IMG/VR virus record: IMGVR_UViG_3300035191_000049
DNA: 18,800 nt
From: a virus
Strand: one strand, 5' to 3'
Part shown: piece by piece, positions 14,454 through 18,800 of the stretch
Layout: each line of letters opens with the position of its first letter
How positions within the stretch are numbered: position 1 is the first letter of the stretch
Program-made: the position numbers and the translations under genes
The notes under the pieces: model-generated
Told to the model about the DNA's origin: nothing
Database searches by the model: none
The model's input: only the letters and a program-made list of their open reading frames with translations

Positions 14454-15531
14454 TATAAAACTCCCCTCCCAGCATCTTCCCGGTTTTTTTCTTACCAAGA
14501 AGATACATCTCTTCGAGATGGGGACCCTTTCCGTTCTTGCGCCCAGGATAAACATCAGGTTCCCACTGGCCATCTGATGTCAATGAACCGAACCGAGACG
14601 TGACGATGTCCGGCCCATAAAAACCACGAGACTTGACAATGTGGCCGTACTCGGAGCCGGCGATCCAGGCACCCCACTGTTTGAAGAAAAAACTGACGTG
14701 CGACTTCTCGCACTGCTCTTTGATGTCGTGGACCCACCGGGGGTGCATGGGACGAGCACCAGGGCCACTCTCTCCGCCCACGATCACCCACTGGATGCCG
14801 CGGTCACGAGCTGCCCAATACTTGAAGTCGTCCCACTCTCCCGGATTGGCGATTGGGTATGTAGCGTCCTCTTCTACCTCGCCGATCCCTGGCATCCGTA
14901 GCTTGACCGGCCCGAGCAGCGGTTCGAGGGAGAGGAATCGAATTCGAGCCGGCACCCTGAGCAGGTGGGGGATGCGCAGGTCGGCTGCTTCCTGATTTTC
15001 GACGGAGACGCCGCACCAGATGTGAGGAGGGAGCCACGCCTTTCTGACACGAGCATCGCGCTCTTCGATCTCGTCGAGCCCAACACAGATCTCGACAGGA
15101 CCCTTGGGCTCGTAGGGCGTGACCCATTTCTGAACGTACTTCGCCATGCGCTCGGGGCGCTTGGTCAGGATGAGATAGACGTGATGGTCGGCCTCGAACA
15201 TCATTTCGAAGACCTTGTCGATCCACTCGTCTGGCACCGATTGATGGAACAGGTCGCCCATCAGGCAGATAGCGATGCGGCGAGAGCGGGTCCACCGATT
15301 CGGCTTCTCCAGCTCCTTCTCGAAGAGCTTGGCCTGACCGGTCCAATTGCCGTCTTTAGTCAGCCCGTGAAAGTGCTCTCCAGGCTTCGAAAAACGCGCT
15401 GCCTGACGTTCGGCCCAGCAGTTATCACAACCGCCGAGGTTGTTGTAGAATTCCTCCTCGTCTTCGTGTGAACAGCCCTTCACAGGGTTGAGCGTCGCGT
15501 CGACGTATTCTATTTTTGTCCGATCGCCCAT
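14428..15531 (-). CDS. phage Gp37/Gp68 family protein (DUF5131), three-Cys motif
   Basis: The N-terminus DRTKIEYVDATLNPVKGC...GGCDNCWAE matches the family signature (tkIeWt..wNp..GC...GCdnCYA). The start is set at the Met that overlaps the upstream stop as TGATG. Confidence 0.6.
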   Translation of the reverse strand: MGDRTKIEYVDATLNPVKGCSHEDEEEFYNNLGGCDNCWAERQAARFSKPGEHFHGLTKDGNWTGQAKLFEKELEKPNRWTRSRRIAICLMGDLFHQSVPDEWIDKVFEMMFEADHHVYLILTKRPERMAKYVQKWVTPYEPKGPVEICVGLDEIEERDARVRKAWLPPHIWCGVSVENQEAADLRIPHLLRVPARIRFLSLEPLLGPVKLRMPGIGEVEEDATYPIANPGEWDDFKYWAARDRGIQWVIVGGESGPGARPMHPRWVHDIKEQCEKSHVSFFFKQWGAWIAGSEYGHIVKSRGFYGPDIVTSRFGSLTSDGQWEPDVYPGRKNGKGPHLEEMYLLGKKKTGKMLGGEFYNAIPEVPS

Positions 15532-16070
15532 CAGGCTGCGTTCTTCTTCCTGGGCCAGAGCTTGTCCTTTGCCCACCGCACCAAACCGCCATGCTCCGGG
15601 GCGTAGGCTTCCATTTCCCCAGAAAGACGGTTCTTATGCATCAGAAAGCACCAGTTCGACCCGCTTTTTCCGATGGCATTACCCTTTAGGAGAAGGAATG
15701 TCTCGTGGACGAGTCCCTCCTTCACTACCTCCGCCCTCTGGACAGAAAGGATTGGAAGGGGGCACTGGTCGAAAAGGCGTTCCCGGCCAACGCCAGGGAA
15801 TACCTCGACGATGCCAGGCTTGCGGATGTAGGCGGTGCCCTCAAATCCATCTTCGAGAACAAACTCATACTGACCCGGACGTACCTTGGGCAGCTTCACG
15901 TGGTCGCCGCTATAGTCGATGCGTTTGGCCAGATAGAGAGCCTCAAAGACGTCGTCGGCGAAGCACACGACTGAACGATAGCGATCAAACGCCCTAAACA
16001 CTGAGACCATATCAGCAACACTGACCCTCATCTCAGGCAGAGGGTGCCTTCCGTCGTCAATGGTGACCAT
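15531..16070 (-). CDS. hypothetical protein (179 aa)
   Basis: ORF-track ORF. A GGAG Shine-Dalgarno site lies 7 nt upstream. Confidence 0.5.
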   Translation of the reverse strand: MVTIDDGRHPLPEMRVSVADMVSVFRAFDRYRSVVCFADDVFEALYLAKRIDYSGDHVKLPKVRPGQYEFVLEDGFEGTAYIRKPGIVEVFPGVGRERLFDQCPLPILSVQRAEVVKEGLVHETFLLLKGNAIGKSGSNWCFLMHKNRLSGEMEAYAPEHGGLVRWAKDKLWPRKKNAA

Positions 16071-16073
16071 CGC

Positions 16074-16202
16074 TCATCTCCATAACGCGTGAGACGGTGG
16101 CTCAGGCAAGCAACTGTAGAGAACCCAAGTAACAAGCGACACGATGAGCACCCAGAGAAAGACGTATAAGACGACTCGCTTTGCGAACCCATTGCCCCAC
16201 AT
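16074..16202 (-). CDS. small single-TM protein (42 aa, MWGNGFAKRVVLYVFLWVLIVSLVTWVLYSC...)
   Basis: Found by hand, below the ORF-track cutoff. The ATG overlaps the upstream TAA as TAATG. The stop lies 3 nt before the next gene's ATG. It fills an otherwise gene-free gap and has a clear hydrophobic helix. Confidence 0.4.
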   Translation of the reverse strand: MWGNGFAKRVVLYVFLWVLIVSLVTWVLYSCLPEPPSHALWR

Positions 16203-16438
16203 TACCCACCCGAAACCACCTGTGGCGATTCCGCCTCCACTGCCTTGTAGGCCTCAAGCAAATCGTTCATAGCGTGTGCGAGCTGCCCCCGTTGCATCGA
16301 CAGAAACGCCTTTTCCTCCTCGCTCAGATTCGTGCCGAGCGCTTGATCGATAGACTGGATGCCCATCTGAAGCTCACTGATCTTGCCTTGTGCGACCGCC
16401 AATAGTAGGCGCAATTGTGCAGGTGTCATGGTAGTCAT
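16202..16438 (-). CDS. hypothetical protein (78 aa)
   Basis: ORF-track ORF. First gene after the predicted promoter at 16445-16472. The ATG lies only about 6 nt from the -10, so the mRNA may be leaderless. Confidence 0.45.
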   Translation of the reverse strand: MTTMTPAQLRLLLAVAQGKISELQMGIQSIDQALGTNLSEEEKAFLSMQRGQLAHAMNDLLEAYKAVEAESPQVVSGG

Positions 16439-16444
16439 AATATA

Positions 16445-16472
16445 GCATATGCTACCTTGGTCAACTTAAAAG
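16445..16472 (-). promoter_or_regulatory. sigma70-like promoter on the minus strand: -35 TTGACC (16467-16472), 16-nt spacer, -10 TATTAT (16445-16450)
   Basis: Read from the reverse complement. The spacer contains the palindrome TAGCATATGCTA (16451-16462). This is the likely promoter of the long minus-strand operon that extends down toward 3226. Confidence 0.5.
16451..16462. promoter_or_regulatory. perfect 12-bp palindrome TAGCATATGCTA (copy 2), operator-like
   Basis: Identical to the copy at 3164-3175. Confidence 0.55.
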
Positions 16473-16493
16473 TTTGATGGCCCCAAAGGATGG

Positions 16494-16985
16494 TCAGATG
16501 CCGTGTTTCCGGATCGAATCCACCATCCTCGTGACGGGCACCCACAGCGCCCGGTCGGCAAGGTAGAATGTGTCAGTGATACACCTCACGCGATCGTACT
16601 GCTCTCGCGTCGTCCACTTCGAATAAGTCTTGTCGCTCAGGCATATTATTTTACCGGTGATGGTACTCACGCAGATATAGCCGCGAGGCTTTGGATCTTT
16701 AACTTCCCAGCTCGACACAGTGTCCACCAAAATATTTCTATAAGGAAAATCCTGAGGACATGTAAATGGAAGTCTGCGGCTTTTTACCTCGAAATACCTT
16801 CCGGACAAGAGAAGATCCGGTCTATTGGCAAAGGTCTTTATCTCGCTGATATTATTTCGAAACGCCAACTCAGGAAGCACCGCCTCAAAACCATTCGCTC
16901 CAAAATAATCAGCGACATATTGCTGCCAGCGGTATCCTTCGAGCAGCTCTTTTTTGAACAGCTCGTCGTTTTCAATCCAGCTCAA
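16494..16985 (-). CDS. PD-(D/E)xK nuclease-fold-like protein, TTG start, in a low-GC island
   Basis: RPDLLLSGRYFEVKS carries a D...E-x-K arrangement. The in-frame upstream region is closed by a TAA, so the only start is the TTG at 16985. GC is about 42% over roughly 16640-16990, against about 60% in flanking genes. Confidence 0.4.
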   Translation of the reverse strand: MSWIENDELFKKELLEGYRWQQYVADYFGANGFEAVLPELAFRNNISEIKTFANRPDLLLSGRYFEVKSRRLPFTCPQDFPYRNILVDTVSSWEVKDPKPRGYICVSTITGKIICLSDKTYSKWTTREQYDRVRCITDTFYLADRALWVPVTRMVDSIRKHGI

Positions 16986-17047
16986 AAATTCGCCCCAACG
17001 GACGATAATAACCTCTTAACACCGAGGATGAACAGAGAATATATTCT

Positions 17048-17665
17048 TCAGATTGTTCCGGCGCCGCGGGTAAAGTCGGGGATAACCTCCTCGTCGAGGC
17101 AGACCCAAAGATGCAGCACGTAGGGATGAACGTTTACGTAATTTTCTTTCTTTGGAAGCACTTGGAGGGCGGTTCTATCGCCCAGGAAAAGCTCTTTGAC
17201 GTCCCGAAGCTCTTCCCAGGTGGGAAGACGATCCTGGAACGACGTCGACAGGTGCATCCAGCGCCGGCCGTCCTCCTCGCGATCGCCGGAGAGGATGACT
17301 CGCTGCCCCCTGACGGACTGATACCGGGCGCCGTTGAGGTTCGTATCGAGCACCTGCCAGTGGGGAGGAAGGATCTTGGGTAGGTATTCGCTGACCCAGT
17401 CTGCGACCTCGGCATCAAGTACCAACTCGACCTCGCCCTTCGAGAACTTCGCAATGAATTCCAGCTTCTTGCGGACCTCGTCCCACTTATCCATGAGCGC
17501 GAGATTGAAGGCTTCCTCCAGACTGGCGAACACCCAAGAGAATTGCCGCTCGTCGCAGCCCGAAAGCCCCTCACGGGTAAAACCGTAGCTGTCCAGCATC
17601 CGCTTCAGCTTGTCCTTGAGAGCCGCGGGGGTAAGCGGCTTGCGCTTGCGCTTTTTATTGCCCAT
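17048..17665 (-). CDS. hypothetical protein (205 aa) with basic KKRKRK N-terminus
   Basis: ORF-track ORF. Its start overlaps the stop of the kinase gene by 1 nt. Confidence 0.5.
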   Translation of the reverse strand: MGNKKRKRKPLTPAALKDKLKRMLDSYGFTREGLSGCDERQFSWVFASLEEAFNLALMDKWDEVRKKLEFIAKFSKGEVELVLDAEVADWVSEYLPKILPPHWQVLDTNLNGARYQSVRGQRVILSGDREEDGRRWMHLSTSFQDRLPTWEELRDVKELFLGDRTALQVLPKKENYVNVHPYVLHLWVCLDEEVIPDFTRGAGTI

Positions 17666-18372
17666 CAGAAGGATCTAAGGTTGTCTTCGATGGCGGCGAC
17701 GCACGCCTCAAACACCTCATCCTCAGGATGGTTTGCATCTATGTGAACAAAGTGCTTGCCAGGCGCGACATAGGACGAGCCGCCCATCTTCGGAAGCCGG
17801 CGATAGAACTCGGCGAGCCGTACTTGAAGCTCGTCCAGCTCGTAGATTTCTTTCATCTTATGACGGCACTCGCGCCGATTCGCTGCCTCGTCACAATCAA
17901 CGTTGAGAACCAGGACCAGGTCGGGTTCGATGGCATAACTGTGGAGCTTCATCAGCCACTTGAGAAATGACTCCTTATCGACGTGGTCAGAGGTCAACGA
18001 CTGGTAGGCCAATGTCGAATACATGTAGCGATCGCACAACACCCACTTCCCTTTGGCCAGAGCAGGCTCGATGACGTGAGCGATATGGTCCATTCGATCG
18101 GCCACAAACAAAAGGGCCATCGTCTCAGCCGGTGGCTTCCAGCCACCCTGACCATCACAAGGAATGATCCCTCTCAGAATCTTACGAATAAGCTTTCCGC
18201 ATGGTCGCTCCGTCGGCTGATGTTCTGAAGCAACTCCCGGATATTTTCCACTTTCGACAGATACCTGCATGTAGCCGTATAACCGTTGAGCGACTGTTGT
18301 GGTTCCGGATCCGTCAATCCCTTCGAGGACTATGAACTTACCCCTTTTCATCGACCCAATCCTTGCTGTCAT
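17665..18372 (-). CDS. thymidylate kinase-like (d)NMP kinase
   Basis: P-loop KFIVLEGIDGSGTTT. The Tmk DRY motif in LCDRYMYSTLAYQ. The start may be the Met at 18351. Confidence 0.7.
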   Translation of the reverse strand: MTARIGSMKRGKFIVLEGIDGSGTTTVAQRLYGYMQVSVESGKYPGVASEHQPTERPCGKLIRKILRGIIPCDGQGGWKPPAETMALLFVADRMDHIAHVIEPALAKGKWVLCDRYMYSTLAYQSLTSDHVDKESFLKWLMKLHSYAIEPDLVLVLNVDCDEAANRRECRHKMKEIYELDELQVRLAEFYRRLPKMGGSSYVAPGKHFVHIDANHPEDEVFEACVAAIEDNLRSF

Positions 18373-18800
18373 GAAAAGCTATTGGCTTTTCGAGCCGTTT
18401 CTTTATGAGGTCGGTGTCACCTTTCTCGATGGCGAACCACTGGCGCTCCTCGGATTCACAGACAGCAGGCATCGTTCCGCTACCAGCCATGGGATCGAGG
18501 ACCCTGTCACCAGGATTCGTCGCCAGAAGAAGACACCGGCGAATGAGCTTTGTACTGAGCTGGGGTCCGCTCCAGCCCTCGGCCTTGTACTTGGGATGCC
18601 GCACCGTTGGGACATCGGTCCAGATATCGGAGACCGTGACGCCCTCCTTCATCTTACCTCGGTGACCGCCGTAGTCTCGAAGATCCTTCTTGCAGTGGCG
18701 GCACACCTCGATAGGCATCCGCACCTTGTTGAGCACGCGCGGCTTGCCCTTCGAGAAGTGGATGATGCCGTAGTGCGCGCGATAGAGACCCTTAGCGCGG
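18338..18800 (-). CDS. DNA methyltransferase, N6-adenine/N4-cytosine family (C-terminal part, 5'-truncated by the window edge)
   Basis: VLDPMAGSGT, the motif I of the N6_N4 family, lies at the C-terminus, which is the beta-class arrangement. The reading frame stays open to position 18800 (...AHYGIIHFSKGKPRVLNKVRMPIEV). Confidence 0.65.
   Translation of the reverse strand, partial: RAKGLYRAHYGIIHFSKGKPRVLNKVRMPIEVCRHCKKDLRDYGGHRGKMKEGVTVSDIWTDVPTVRHPKYKAEGWSGPQLSTKLIRRCLLLATNPGDRVLDPMAGSGTMPAVCESEERQWFAIEKGDTDLIKKRLEKPIAFHDSKDWVDEKG

Noticed and set aside
4611-18800. Interpretation of the cluster as a 7-deazaguanine (queuosine/archaeosine-type) DNA modification system because of the QueE-like radical SAM genes
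   Set aside because: No QueC-type ATP-PPase (SGGxDS), QueD (CxxxHGH), FolE or DpdA/TGT-like gene is recognisable in the window. The associated enzymes are pyrimidine-type instead (ThyA-fold, OPRT-family, Tmk-like).
1-18800. CRISPR arrays, insertion sequences or integrase-like mobile-element signatures
   Set aside because: No regularly spaced direct repeats, inverted terminal repeats or transposase or integrase motifs were seen anywhere in the window.

Overview
This window is GC-rich (about 58-60%), prokaryote-like, and almost entirely transcribed from the minus strand. Most CDS have Shine-Dalgarno sites, and many gene junctions show ATGA or TGATG start/stop overlaps, which fits a large phage or prophage replication and nucleotide-metabolism region. 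Positions 324-2881 carry a dense minus-strand tRNA array of at least 14 tRNAs, including four Ser isoacceptors. The tRNAs are separated by structured spacers, and one small protein gene lies inside the array.

Between the array and the protein-coding operon lies a compact unit at about 2905-3192: a sigma70-like promoter, a 50-aa ORF (or an sRNA), and a bidirectional intrinsic terminator. Positions 3226-18800 are one long, mostly translationally coupled minus-strand gene string. I could assign these families by motif: a thymidylate-synthase-fold enzyme, a thymidylate-kinase-like dNMP kinase, an orotate-PRTase-family phosphoribosyltransferase, two paralogous QueE/NrdG-like radical SAM enzymes, a Gp37/Gp68 (DUF5131) three-Cys protein, a SLOG ('MoCo-carrier-like') protein translationally coupled to an LRAT-like permuted papain-fold enzyme, a class I SAM methyltransferase, an ASCH/DUF3850 protein, several Cys-rich Zn-ribbon proteins, a PD-(D/E)xK-like gene in a low-GC island, and a partial N6/N4 DNA methyltransferase at the right edge.

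The main hypothesis is that this block is an undescribed nucleotide or DNA hypermodification module. A perfect 12-bp palindrome (TAGCATATGCTA) occurs twice, each time inside a minus-strand promoter, and looks like an operator. All coordinates and family calls come from reading the sequence by hand and need tool confirmation.
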